This document shows positions 24,400-36,689 of a DNA stretch of 64,000 nucleotides, piece after piece (the stretch's first letter is position 1; every line of letters begins with the position of its first letter). This stretch comes from Antedon mediterranea (Eukaryota > Animalia > Echinodermata): assembly GCF_964355755.1 (NCBI RefSeq), contig NC_092670.1, positions 27,142,795-27,206,794 of the forward strand, in the 5' to 3' direction. Under the pieces are notes generated by a model that was given only the letters and a program-made list of their open reading frames with translations, was not told where the DNA came from and made no database searches. The translations under genes were made by a program, and so were the position numbers.

Positions 24400-25484
24400 T
24401 AAAACTGTCGATAAAGGACACCACCAGACAAAGATGAACCAAAACACAGCCAGCCAAATTGCTGGTCGAACTTTTTGGCATTACAAGAAAATAAAGCAGA
24501 TCTGGCACGATTTCTATCAGAGGAGTTGATTTGCCAAGCTCCTATAGACAAAAAAATTGTCACAGCTGGTGGATTTATGGAAGAATCAGTTGTTAAATCA
24601 TCAAAAGTCTACACGAATACGTTGTCTCTGGTAGCAGATCATGAAGAAGCGGACACGCGACTTGTCATGCTGCCAATGTCCGATACGACACAGTTGTAGT
24701 TGCTTCTAGGGATACAGACGTACTAGTGATTCTAGTGTCTCACTACCAAAGCATGGTATCCAAATGGATGATGACAGGGACATCCAAAAAAAGAAAGTAT
24801 CTATAAAAGACATTTTTCAAGCCTTGCCGGATGGTTCTGCAAAAGCACTGATTCCATTCCACACTATTAGTGGATGCGATACTACCTCATATCCAGGGAA
24901 GAGTTAAATTACATTAATACATACATACAGTAATTTAACTCTTCCCTGCTCATATCTAAGTGGTCACTCAAAGGCATCGGCATGGGAAGTATTAAACAAA
25001 AATTATGAACTAATTAAAGACCTGGGAGAAACCTATCAGTGACCAAGTTATTATGAAATCGGAAAGATTCATTTGTTACGTTTACGGTGTTGGTCAAGTT
25101 AAAAGTACCAATGAAGTTTGGCATGCCATGTTTAAAAAAAAACAAACCAGGGGCATTACCTCCAACAAGCTATGCAGTGCACCAACATATAAAAAGAGCA
25201 CACTTCCAAGCACTCGTATGGAAAAAAGCTGTATCGCCAATATCCAGCATTTGCCATCACCAACAGATTTTGGTTGGGAGCTATCTAATGGTAAACTTCA
25301 ACCAGTGCTTCTGAAAAATGAAGCTATTCCTACTCTTTCGTTAGAGATGATTTATTGTGGACGCAAAACACGATGCATAACCAATAGATGTAGGTGCAAG
25401 AAGTCAAAACTACCATGTACAGCTTTATGCCGCTGTAACAACGCTAAAGATGACGGAAACTTTTGCATGAATGATCAAAACTGA
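24400..25484 (+). pseudogene. 3' part of an Academ protein: XPG/FEN-like PIN nuclease and Cys8 (CXC) zinc finger
   Basis: DHEEADTRL, SRDTDVLV, SGCDTTS, HIKRAHFQ..VWK, FGW, CxRxxxCxxxxCxCxxxxxxCTALCxC; frameshifted. Confidence 0.8.
24894..24948. mobile_element. 55-bp palindromic insert, TIR CAGGGAAGAGTTAAATTAC, 8-bp TSD CTCATATC
   Basis: Perfect 19-bp inverted ends; TSD at 24886-24893 and 24949-24956. Confidence 0.85.
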
Positions 25485-26979
25485 TGCCCTTAACATGTTC
25501 ATTCCAAATGTAGCTTACGTGTTCACATTTTCTTTCAAACCTATACAATCATAATCCATCATATTGATGGCAGGTAATTTCCAAATGTAGCTGACGTGTT
25601 CAAATTCTTTTTTAAATCTATAATCATAATCCATCATATTGATGGCAGGTAATTTTCAAATTTAGCTTACGTGTCCACATTTTCTTTTAAATCTATACAA
25701 TCATAATCCATCATATTGATAGCAGGTAATTTCCAAATTTCCAAATGTAGCTGACGTGCTACAATTCTTTTTTTAAATCTATAATCATAATCTATCATAT
25801 TGATGGTGCAGGTAATTTTCAAATGTAGCTTACGTGTTCAAATTCTTTTTTAAATCTATAATCATAATCCATCATATTGATGGCAGGTAATTTCCAAATG
25901 TAGCTGACATGTTCACATTAAAAAAAATCTATAATCATACTCCATCATATTGATGGCAGGTAATTTCAAATTTCAACAAATGTAACTTGCGTGTTCAAAT
26001 TTTTTTAAATCTATATAAATCATAATACATCATATTTGATGGCAGTGAATTTTATAATTTTACTAATTATTATTGTGTATAAATAATTTCATAGATATGC
26101 AATTATATTTAGTATACAGTAGGCCTATGCTGTAGTTTAAAGGTCAATAACCATACTATCGGCTATTCTTGTACAAAATGTGCCATTAGACTGGATAGAA
26201 ACACACATGTTTTAAACAATTTAAAACAAAAACAAAATTCATAAGACCACAATTTTCAAAGTTATATTATTATTATATTTTTATATTTGACTAATAGTTC
26301 AAAGGTCAATAGTTGTAGAATCGGCCATTTTTTGTAAAAACATTTCATTATAATAAATATGAATGTATAGTTTCTGAACAATTTGAGCCCTATTTCGTGT
26401 CTCTCCGATTATTGGTTACTGAGATACGATAAATCAAGGTCAAAGGTCAAAATGTCAGAAATAAGACTTGCATCCATTTTTTGAGAAAATGTGTCATTAA
26501 AGTGAATATAAAAACATATATTTAAAACATTTTGAAACCAAAATTAATTATCTGTGACTAGTGGTTCTCGAGATATAGGGTAATTATAAAAAATGGCCGC
26601 CATTTTTAATTATGCAAATTAAGGGCTTAGATGGCCGAATTTCGCTTGGGATCCGCCATATTCGTAATCAGTGAGGTCGAAATATCCTAAATCAAGTGGA
26701 TCCCAGCTTCTACCCAAAAATGCTTCTTGATTCGTTTTCTAGGCCGTTTTTTGAGAAATGGAACCTGTCTATAACTCTATTTAACACAAACAACGGTGCA
26801 TTTATTATAGATACTTCGTGCTCGCAGCACAACAAAACCGCACACACTCTTTATGTGCTCAACAACCTTTGACCTCTCGGTCGCCGTGTCTATAGACACT
26901 ACATCCCTTCTTTTCTCATTTAAGATAACAACTAAAATTAACTAACATTAAAACTATAACATTAAAACTATAAACTTCT

Positions 26980-27334
26980 ACTCTGTAACATCAGATTCAT
27001 TTACTTTCTCATTACCCTTTTCAAACTCAATCTTTTTAAGGTCTTTTACATTTCTTCGTTTCTGTACACCTTCATCGTTTTCGATCTGAACACTGTTTCC
27101 CTTCTTTTATATTACACTATATGGCATCTCTCCATAAGTCGTACTCAACTTATTTTTCTTATCCTGTTTCACAAACACTTTATCTCCTTTCTTAATTTCT
27201 GATTCTTTCGATTTCTTTCTTTTATCCCAATATTCCTTCTGTTTTACTTTACTTTCATAATCCTTAACCCTAATATCATCATCGTTTAGGTCTCTCCCTT
27301 CATTACCCATCTCAGGCAATTTGGTCATGAGTTG
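26980..27334 (-). pseudogene. Integrase C-terminal region of Gypsy B
   Basis: LMTKLPE...KQKEYWDKR...GDKVFVK...KLSTTY..PY; joins in frame to 32123. Confidence 0.85.
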
Positions 27335-30300
27335 TACTCTAGTAGCTAGATCAACTTTCGTATGCACTTTGAGGTCCAGAGAATTTGACTTCAGAAATTG
27401 GTTTAAGGTGGTCAAACAATCATTTTTGGCTTGGTTACACATTTTGAAAATGTGGCGAAAGGTCAAAAGGTCAGGTGAAAGGTCATAAGACCAAACACCA
27501 ATATGTCCTTAAATCTCAACAACCACTGGTCACAGCGAAGTAATTTTGGTCTCAAATTGATCAGAAGGTATACATTTATATTCATTCTAATTGGACATTT
27601 TAGTTAAAAATGACCGGAAATGCCATTTCTGACCTTTGACCCACAACCCAGGGCATGTATTTATCTCCGTAACTACTGGTCGTAGACACTTGAATTTGGT
27701 TTTAAATTGTTTGAAATATATATTTTGTTATTTGTTACACATTTCGAAAAATTTTACAAAAGGTCAAAGGGTCAGGGTCAAGGTTTACATGAACAAATAA
27801 ATAAAGGTACTTGTATCTCGGCAACCACTGGTCGCAGCAAGTCAATTTTGGTCTCAAAATGTTCAGAAGGCATACATTTATATTCTGTCTAATGGGGCAT
27901 TTTAATAAAAAATGAACCTTTGATTTTAGTAAAAATGAACCTTTGACCCACATACCAGGGCATCTTCATATCTCTGTAAGTAGAAACTTAAATTTGGTAT
28001 CAAATTGTTTGAAATATACATATTTACATTCATTCTAATAGAAAATGTTGTTAAAAGATGAACAGAATATACTATTAATAATGTTTCAAACAAAAAACAT
28101 ATCTCTACATAACTTATCTTTAGACAGTAATGTTATGCAATAACTGATACTTTAAATTGTTTCAATTTCAAGTACTAGTTATTGCTGTCCTCAAGAACAT
28201 TTTGATAGAAACGTCAAGCTCAACAGTTCTTTTCAGAATGCTAGAAGTAACTTGCCATGTGTATCCGATTAAACGCCCCGGGCATTTATTGTTCAAAAGG
28301 GTTTTTAGGGGGAGGGGAGGCATCTTTATTTGGGGTATAATATGGTAATATGTATAATCAAATAAATACCACGTAGATGTAAAAAAAAATACAGCACAAT
28401 TAATATCAAAAAGTGAAAAAAATGCTTGGTAAATTGTAGATTACTAGATGGTACGCTCGCTTCGCTCGCGTACCATCTAGGTCGTGCCCACAGATGGTTC
28501 TCGAATACATACTAATTTCAGCGTTTAAAAAACTGGCGACTTCAAATGCACATGCAGGACAATAATACATGTTGTTTACAGGAACGAATAAATAGACACA
28601 GTGATTTATGTACTCAACTAAAATTAGCACCCCGGGAATTACTTCCGAAAAAGAAACTTGTCACAAAATAAGAAACAAACTGAATTTGTGTTTTGTATGT
28701 AACATTTGGGTTGAGGGATGGGGAAGAGGATGGATGCAAAGACGAACAATTTTTAAATATATTCTTTATCGATTTAGTAACGAAATATGAATTGTTTTCA
28801 TGTTTTACAAATAATATACCAGTAAACACAGTAAAACATTGCGATTTAATACTTTGTTGAAACTGTCACCGTCATAGTCGATTGAAATAGTACAGTACAT
28901 GTAACGATACATCACTAATACGACGTTTATATTTTTTTGAAGTTACATGATTACAAACGTTCAGAAGGAACTGTCAGTAATATATTAAACACCTCTATTC
29001 GGGGCAAATCGTAAATTCGCTTTAATCGTCAATAAATAATTATCTAACTCAACTTAATTAGTAGGCCTAATGGTTAATTGTTTCATAGAGCCAATTATGC
29101 TACCCACTACCCAACTTGTATTGAAAAGTTGTTCTGCGTTTAGGGCATGTACTGATCATTCGTACTGTAGGCCTGCCCTCTACTGGCTTTACAACGCTAC
29201 TCATGCCAGTGAGGGGAGGGTGGTGGTGTTGGTGGTGGTTTAGCTGCAATAATAAATTTGATTGTACATAATAGACGGCGACTGGAAAGGCTAGCTCATT
29301 ATGCGTTAAAAAAAAGATTCCACAGATTGGAAAAAAGTGTATCGAATTTCTGTTATGGCTGTACAGTACTTGTCTTTATGACGCCTGAGGGAATAGACAC
29401 TTGTGGAACAGAGATTGGAATGTTCCATTTATCGCAGATCAAAAGATTTGTATAAACGTATATTAAATCTATAAAAATAGTATTTTTTAAAGAAAATCGG
29501 CCTGTCTTCAACATTATGATGCTGTACTCGAGCTGTTCAACCGGTTTTCAGCTATTAAAAACAATTATCGTAGGAGGAGATAGGAAAATGCGAAGCATCC
29601 TCGCATTATTGTCTGCGGGTATTTTTCAAGTTGGACATCCATTAGACAGTGTATACCACGACCACGAAACACCCCTATTTAGGGCAAATCGTTGAACCTA
29701 AATTCGTTTTAATTGTCAATAACTAATTATCTAACTCAATTTAATTAGTAAACATGGTTACATCAAATGGTTAAAATCAGTACCGAAAGTACGAACCAAC
29801 TTTATATACCATCGAGTAAAAATTCTAGAAATAAACTGCGATTTACCGAATTTTGCCCTTACGTAAATTTATATATAGATGGTAGTTAATGTAATGTGTT
29901 GTGATACAATTATTGTGTAAATGCATGTGGCGGGTGTATTCCACATGATGTTCTATTGGAGGGAATGGTGGCGTTTATTTGAGGGAGGATTTTATTCAAA
30001 GCGGGTGTTAATTCGAATAAATAGTCTAATTTTAATAATAATAATTCGTTTCTCTACTGATAAAAGGTACTTTACATGATTCGTTTTCTTCTTTATGCTT
30101 TTTAACGAAATGTTTCTGTCTTTTAGAATAAAAGTGACACTGTCATAGATAACATTAAATGGATCTTCTCCTCCAGGTGCCATTATAATGATATAAAACA
30201 ATGACATATCATTATCCTGACACGATTGCACTCATAATGGATCTTCATTCTATCATCTGTTTGTTTGTGACTACAATTTGACAACAATCTTTTGCATATT

Positions 30301-32122
30301 TTTAAATGCCAATACATAGTTTCATTACTATTGTACAATATGTCCTGAAAACACCCCTTTGTACTATAGTATGATTTTATCATGAAACTTCTGATGCTTT
30401 TATTGTCAATGCATTCAGTACCTAAAACATGTCAAAGTTTCTAGTGGTATTGATAATAAATCTCCAGAAACATATATTGTTTTATCTATACTGACTGGGA
30501 ACAGACGTGTATAATATACACTGACAAAACTTATACATATTATGTATAAGTTTTGTCGGTAACATTCAAAAATATTATGCAACAGTGTTTTTGGAATAAT
30601 GACAATGAATTGGCCTATTATAGTTGTCTCTGATACCTTTTATTACATGATTGTACTTGCACCAGGATAGAATGAGGTTTAATCCAGTTATTATTCTTAT
30701 TATATTAATTTTTTTTTTATCTGGGGTGTATTTATTTGATTATACATGTTACCATTATTACACCCAAACAAAATAAACGCCTTCCCTGAATAAATAAATG
30801 CCCGGGCCTTTTATTCGGGTAACTATGGTAAGTTACTTCTAGCATTCTTAACTGTTGAGCTCGAGTATTTATTCGAATTAACACCCGCTTTGAATAAAAG
30901 CCTCCCTCAAATAAACGCCACCATTCCCTCCAATAGAACATCATGTGGAATAAACGCTCCACCACATGCATTTACAAACTAATTGTATCACAACACATTT
31001 CATTAACAACCATAATCCAATTTACCAAGCAAATTCACATAATTTTATCATTTTTTTATATTAATTGTGCTGTATTTTTTTACATCTAGGTGGTATTTAT
31101 TTGATTATACATGTTACCATATTATACCCCCAAAAAGATGCCTCCCCTCCCCCTAAAACCCTTTTGAACAATAAATGCCAGGGGCGTTTAATCGGATAAA
31201 CATGGCAAGTTACTTCTAGCATTCTGAAAAGAACTGTTGAGTTTGACGTTTATATCAAAATGTTCTCGTGGACAGCAATAACTAGTACTTGAAATTGAAA
31301 CAATTTAAAGTATCAGTTATTGCATAACATTACTGTCTAAGGATAAGTTGTGTAGAGATATGTTTTTTGTTTGAAACATTAGTAATAGTATTTTCTGTTC
31401 ATCTTTTAACAACATTTTCTATTACAATGAATGTGAATATGTATATTTCGAACAATTTGATACCAAATTTAAGTTTCTACGACCAGTACTTACAGAGATA
31501 TGAAGATGCCCTGGTATGTGGGTCAAAGGTCAGAAATGGCATTTCTGATCATTTTTGACTAAAATGCCCCATTAGACAGAATATAAATGTGTGCCTTCTG
31601 AACACTTTGAGACCAAAATTGACTTGCTGCGACTAGTGGTTGCCGAGATACAAGTACCTTTATTTATTTGTTCATATAACCCTTGACCCTGACCCTTTGT
31701 AAAATTTTTAAAAATGTGTAACAAATAACAAAATATATAGTTCGAACAATTTAAAACCAAATTCAAGTGTCTACGACCAGTAGTTACGGAGATAAGTACA
31801 TGCCCTGGGTTGTGGGTCAAAGGTCAGAAATGGCATTTCCGGTCATTTTTAACTAAAATGTCCCATTAGAATGAATATAAATGTATACCTTCTGATCAAT
31901 TTGAGACCAAAATTACTTCGCTGTGACCAGTGGTTGTTGAGATTTAAGGACATATTGGTGTTTGGTCTTATGACCTTTCACCCTGACCTTTTGACCTTTC
32001 GCCACATTTTTAAAATGTGTAACCAAGCCAAAAATGATTGTTTGACCACCCTAAACCAATTTCTGAAGTCAAATTCTCCGGACCTCAAAGTGCATACGAA
32101 AGTTGATCTAGCTACTAGAGTA
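27335..32122. mobile_element. Non-autonomous foldback element with ~1.25-kb inverted arms (Academ-like), inserted in integrase
   Basis: TACTCTAGTAGCTAGATC / GATCTAGCTACTAGAGTA ends, 3-bp TSD TTG; removal restores YGRQ-LMTKLP. Confidence 0.85.
28444..29879 (-). mobile_element. Non-autonomous Helitron (1436 bp)
   Basis: Minus strand 5'-TCTATATATAA ... hairpin CTAGATGGTACGC/GCGTACCATCTAG-3'; sits between A and T with no TSD; absent from the opposite arm. Confidence 0.85.
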
Positions 32123-34735
32123 TTGTCTACCATACATCAATTGTGCGGGACTGTCACCAGTAACACAGTGTGGTGTTGTTCTGTACGCCAACAGAAACTT
32201 ATTAATCTCTCTCTTCCACACTTTTCCTTCGGCAGACATTGCTCTAATAGCTTTTAGGAGTGTTTTATTCTGCCTTTCAACTTCTCCGTTTGCTTGAGGA
32301 GAATAAGGTGTAGTTTTTCTGTGAGAAATTCCGTTCTCATTTACGAACCTCTTAAACTCATCACCTCTAAACTGAGGACCATTATCACTCACGATCATCT
32401 CTGGTAATCCGTGAGTTGTGAACCAATTATCTAAGGTCTCGATCACTTTCCCTGCTGTGGTTGAGTGTAGTACACCTACCTCAAACCATCTAGAATAATA
32501 GTCCACTGCTACTAATAAGCTTTCCCCTCCTGGAAACGGACCACACAAATCAATACCAATATGCTGCCATGGCTTTCGTGGCAGATCGGTTGGTTTCATT
32601 GGTTCAGGTCTACTTTGTCTATCGACTACCTGACAAACTTTTACATAATTCTCAATTTCTCTATCGATTCCAGGCCACCAAACCTTTATCCTATCTAGAT
32701 TTACATTTTACTATGCCTTGGTGTCCCTCATGTGCCAAATTCAACACTTGTTTCCTTAACTCTTCTGGCACTACAATTCTATGTTGCCTTAAAATCAACT
32801 TCCCTATTACTGCTAGCTCCGTTCTTACATGTTTGAAGCTTTCTACTTTTGGATTTGACCAATTATTATTAGTGATTGCTTCCCTTAAGCATATATTTGT
32901 TTCGTCTTTCATTGAAACTTGTTCTATTTCTTTAGTGGTTAAGGCCATTGGTGTTGCACTCTTTGCAACAAAATATATATACTCTTCAGCTACATTTCTC
33001 TTAGACTCTACTACAAGTGGCAATCTTGAGAGGGCATCAGCAGCATTTAACCTCCCTGGTCTATTGATAACACTAAAAGTGTACCGTTGTAATCTTAAAA
33101 CCCATCGTTCTATTCTCGCTGATGGTTTCGATCGTGCTGAGTAAATAACCTCTAACGGTTTATGATCTGTAATTAAATCAAACTTAATTCCGTACAGATA
33201 CAAATGGAACCTCTCACATGCCTAAACTATCCCCAGGGCCTCTTTTTCTGTTTGGGAATACCTCCGTTCGATATCAGTCAGCGATCTACTGGCATACAAC
33301 ACAGGCTTAAACATGCCATCATCCTGTTTTTGTACTAGAATTGCCCCTACCCCAACTGGGCTAGCATCAGTTATAACTTGTGTTTTAGCCTTGTTATTGT
33401 AATATGCCATTGCTTCTGCACTCGTAAGTGCATTTTTCAGGTCATTTAAAGAATCATTTTGTTCTTTACCCCAGACCCAGGGTTGTTTTGCCCATGTTAA
33501 TCTTCGTAATGGTTCTTCCCTTGTTGAAAGATTATTGATATATCTTCCACAATACCCGACCAAACCTAAGAAACTTCTAACTTCCACAACATTCGTCCGA
33601 ACCTTTGCTTCTTTCACAGCAACTACTTTTTGTTTAGACACCTCTAATCCATCTTTGGACAATACATTTCCCATATAATCCAACTTATCTAGACCAAACT
33701 TGCATTTGTCTAAGTTCGCCGTTAACCCTCTTTCTCTTAATGTATTTAATACATTCTTTAAATTTACGTCATGCTCTTTTTGATTACAACCATACACCAC
33801 TATGTCATCGGCAATTACCTTTACCCCTTTACATTTTGCCAGTACTTCTCAATGATATGCTGGAACATTTCAGGCGCACTTGTAATACCGAACATGAGAC
33901 GTTTAAACCTAAATAACCCACAATGTGTTATGAATGTAGTTATGTCACGTGACTTATCATCCAGTTCAATTTGGTGGAACCCCCATTTAAGATCTATTTT
34001 CGAGAATAGTGTGGCTCCATTCATGTCATGTAAAACTTCTTCAATCGTCGGTATGGGATATCTAACCCTCATTATGGCCTCATTTGCCCTACGCATATCG
34101 ATACACATTCTCAAATCATCACTATTTTTCTTAGGTACAAAAACTGGTGGTGATATCCACGATGTTGGACCCTGTACCGGCTCTATAATGTCATGATCTA
34201 ACAACTCATTTAACTTTCTTTCTACTGCATTTCTTAAGTTAAAAGGAATTCTTCTTTGTGGTAACTATGGGCTGTACCTTATCATCAATATGTATCTTTA
34301 ATTCATAATTCTTTAATTTACCAACTCCAATAAAGACATCCTTGTATTCGTTAAACAACTGATCATTTTTGTCATTGACTTGGACATTACACAACATATC
34401 TATCTTTAATATGTTAAGATCACTTGCACCTCTATACCCAAAGGATTGTACAACATTCCTTATTATCAATTACCACAAATGTTGTATTTATACCTTTTTT
34501 CCCATAATGCACATAGGCATCAAACTCTCCTTTTACTCTTAATGGTTCTTTTGATCCATAAGTATACACTTTCATCTTGCTAGGCCTAATCTTTATGTTT
34601 AATTCTCTAGCAATATCATAATTAATAATATTTACACAGGCTCCTGAATCAATCAAACACCTTATATCTTTACCGTTAACATTTACAGTACACAATGGTT
34701 TAGTATCTTTTGTTTTTATAACAAATGCAGTCTCA
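32123..34735 (-). pseudogene. pol: pol of Gypsy B: protease, RT, RNase H, integrase core (stops and frameshifts)
   Basis: CLIDSGA; WISP, LRMCIDMR, IDLKWGFHQI, RLMFGI, IADD; TDASPVGVGA, YASRSL, YSQTEKEAL, TDHKPL; HEGHQGI, VSDNGPQF, QANGEVER. Confidence 0.93.
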
Positions 34736-35548
34736 CGCCCGTATTCTTAAACCGGACTTTAGTTGTAGTTTGAAGTTCGACTTGAAAAAGTCGTAGTTCG
34801 AGCTATTACTTCAAATTCGATTAAAAAACAAAGTAGTCGAAGTTTGCAGTTCGACTTAATGAAGTCGAGCTTTTAGTCGAGTTGCACACGTCTGGGTAAC
34901 AAAGGCTATACATTGGCCAATGACAAGAGAGACGAAATTTTGCGCATTCATATCACTTTCCATTCTCTAACAACACTTTTTACGCATCAAGACTATATAC
35001 ATGAAAAGTAATTTTAATCGTTAATTATTAGAACAAGATCAGTATCAATTTAACAGTGAAGTATTATCGCGACGAACCACGCACTTCATAGCCTGTCAAG
35101 AAGGCGCTAGGCCCCTTAAATATTCCATCGCGTGGTGAATTTCCGCATCTGCCATTGTCGCTATGGCGTGACGTAGTTCAAGTCGGACTTGCGCGAAGAA
35201 AATAATGTAATTTGTATACGGTTGTAAATAAAGATTATTTTCATTATTATAACTTATACCAATGTATACTTAATTAAGCTAATATAATAATAGATATTTC
35301 ATTTTCAATATCTGGCCAATATAACAACTCAATGACTGTTACGTTTTTCATAAACATCGTTTATAAACCATTTAGTCGACCATTTAGCCTGCCCCCTCCA
35401 GGACTAAAAAAATCGATCAAAATTCGTCTCGATCTAGTCGAGGTTGGCCTGAATTAGTCGGCGAGTTAGTTGAAGTTCGGTTTATGAATTAAAATGACGT
35501 CATTCATAGCTCGAACTACGACTAAAGTCCGGTTTAAGAATACGGGCG
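34736..35548. mobile_element. Harbinger-like MITE (813 bp) between gag and protease
   Basis: 28-bp TIR CGCCCGTATTCTTAAACCGGACTTTAGT; TSD TCA; removal restores DNS-ETAFVIK. Confidence 0.85.
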
Positions 35549-35904
35549 TCAGAGTTATCAGTATCAGAACTACTGTTCGTCGTGGTTTGAAACACTTTTC
35601 TTGGTCTAGACTTTCCTGAGTGATTACTTCGTTTTTCTGACTGGCAAACTACCGCAAAATGTCCAGATTTTCCGCAATTATGACATTTCTTGTTATTCAC
35701 AACACTGCAAGTTTTAGCCATGTGACCTGGTTTGCCACAACGATAACACGTCTTATCTCCTCCACTCGAGCTCGAAGCACTACTGTAACTTAGACTCCGC
35801 CCACTTTTTTCGGTTACCATCGCGACTTGCTTCGCGGCGGTTGTTTTGACTCATCGCGTACGCGCCTTCGACGCTACCTTGTTGTTGTTGCGTCAAAGAA
35901 CATA
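35549..35904 (-). pseudogene. gag: gag C-terminus of Gypsy B with two CCHC knuckles
   Basis: CYRCGKPGHMAKTC and CHNCGKSGHFAVVC. Confidence 0.88.
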
Positions 35905-36469
35905 TACCCCTTTCACACCAAAACTCCGGAGTGTCTCCGGAGACACCCCGGGGTTTATGACCATTCAAAACGTCGAGAAACTCCGGAGATACCCCTTTCA
36001 CACCAACCTAGCAACACCGGGGTTAATAAAATAAAATTGTATATGTCGCCCTCTATTTTTTGCATAGCGACGATCATTAGAATAATTTTAATTAACAATA
36101 TTTTTAATTTAATAATTACTTTCAAAAGTCTCAGAAGTAATATAATGTTTTATTTGATACTACTTATTATTTTTTAAACCCGCTATATATTTTGTATAAA
36201 TATTTAAAGTGTTTTGAAATAAAACTAAAGCAATGAGTGATCGTGTGAGGATGACCTTTTGACCCGAAACACTCCGGAGTTTGATGTTGGTACCGAGACA
36301 ATAGACCAAAACACCGGGGTGTCCCCGCAGTTCGCTCTCCGGAGAATGTTCAGCTGTTCAACCCCGCAGTTTTAAACTCCGGAGTTGCTTGATTTTACCT
36401 TTCACACCAAACAGCGGGGCGTCAACTCCGGGGTGTCTCCGGAGTTTTGCTTTTGGTGTGAAAGGGGTA
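35905..36469. mobile_element. Harbinger-like MITE (565 bp)
   Basis: TIR TACCCCTTTCACACCAAAA; flanks ATA/TTA (imperfect TSD); subterminal CTCCGGAG palindromes. Confidence 0.78.
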
Positions 36470-36648
36470 TTATAAAGGCCGGTGCACACCGAACGCGAAG
36501 CAGCGAAGCGTCATGCGTCACGCGTCATTTGACGGATCGCTTTGGAAGTTGAATTGTCATGCGTCTATTAGTTTTTCTTGTCGGTTCCCACACGATTGCT
36601 AGGGTGTTCCAGGTTGGATCTGCATACAATGAATAGTGTAAGTGAAAC

Positions 36649-36689
36649 CAGGGAAGAGTTAAATTAAAATGTAATTTAACTCTTCCCTG
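36649..36689. mobile_element. 41-bp palindromic insert of the same family as 24894-24948
   Basis: CAGGGAAGAGTTAAATTA inverted ends; flanks GTGAAAC/GTTAAAC. Confidence 0.75.

Larger units (their letters stand above)
22846..26771. mobile_element. Academ (AcademX-type) derived foldback DNA transposon
   Basis: TAGAC...GTCTA termini, 3-bp TSD TAA, ~1.55-kb inverted arms, XPG plus Cys8 coding remnant. Confidence 0.8.
22820..26903 (-). repeat. 3' LTR of Gypsy B (155 bp; pieces 26903-26775 and 22845-22820), split by the Academ element
   Basis: Minus strand TGTAGT...AATAAA...ACTACA after removing the insert; PPT GAGAAAAGAAGGGA at 26917-26904. Confidence 0.8.

Noticed and set aside
26775-26903. Satellite derived from the LTR of Gypsy B (shared TGTAGT and TGAGCAC)
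   Set aside because: Only short words are shared, with different spacing and no extended alignment.
27107-32257. Apparent duplicated protein (TFRHIFKMCNQAKNDCLTT...) in ORFs 27107-27466 and 31871-32257
   Set aside because: Read-through of the two TIRs of the foldback element, one fused by chance to integrase.
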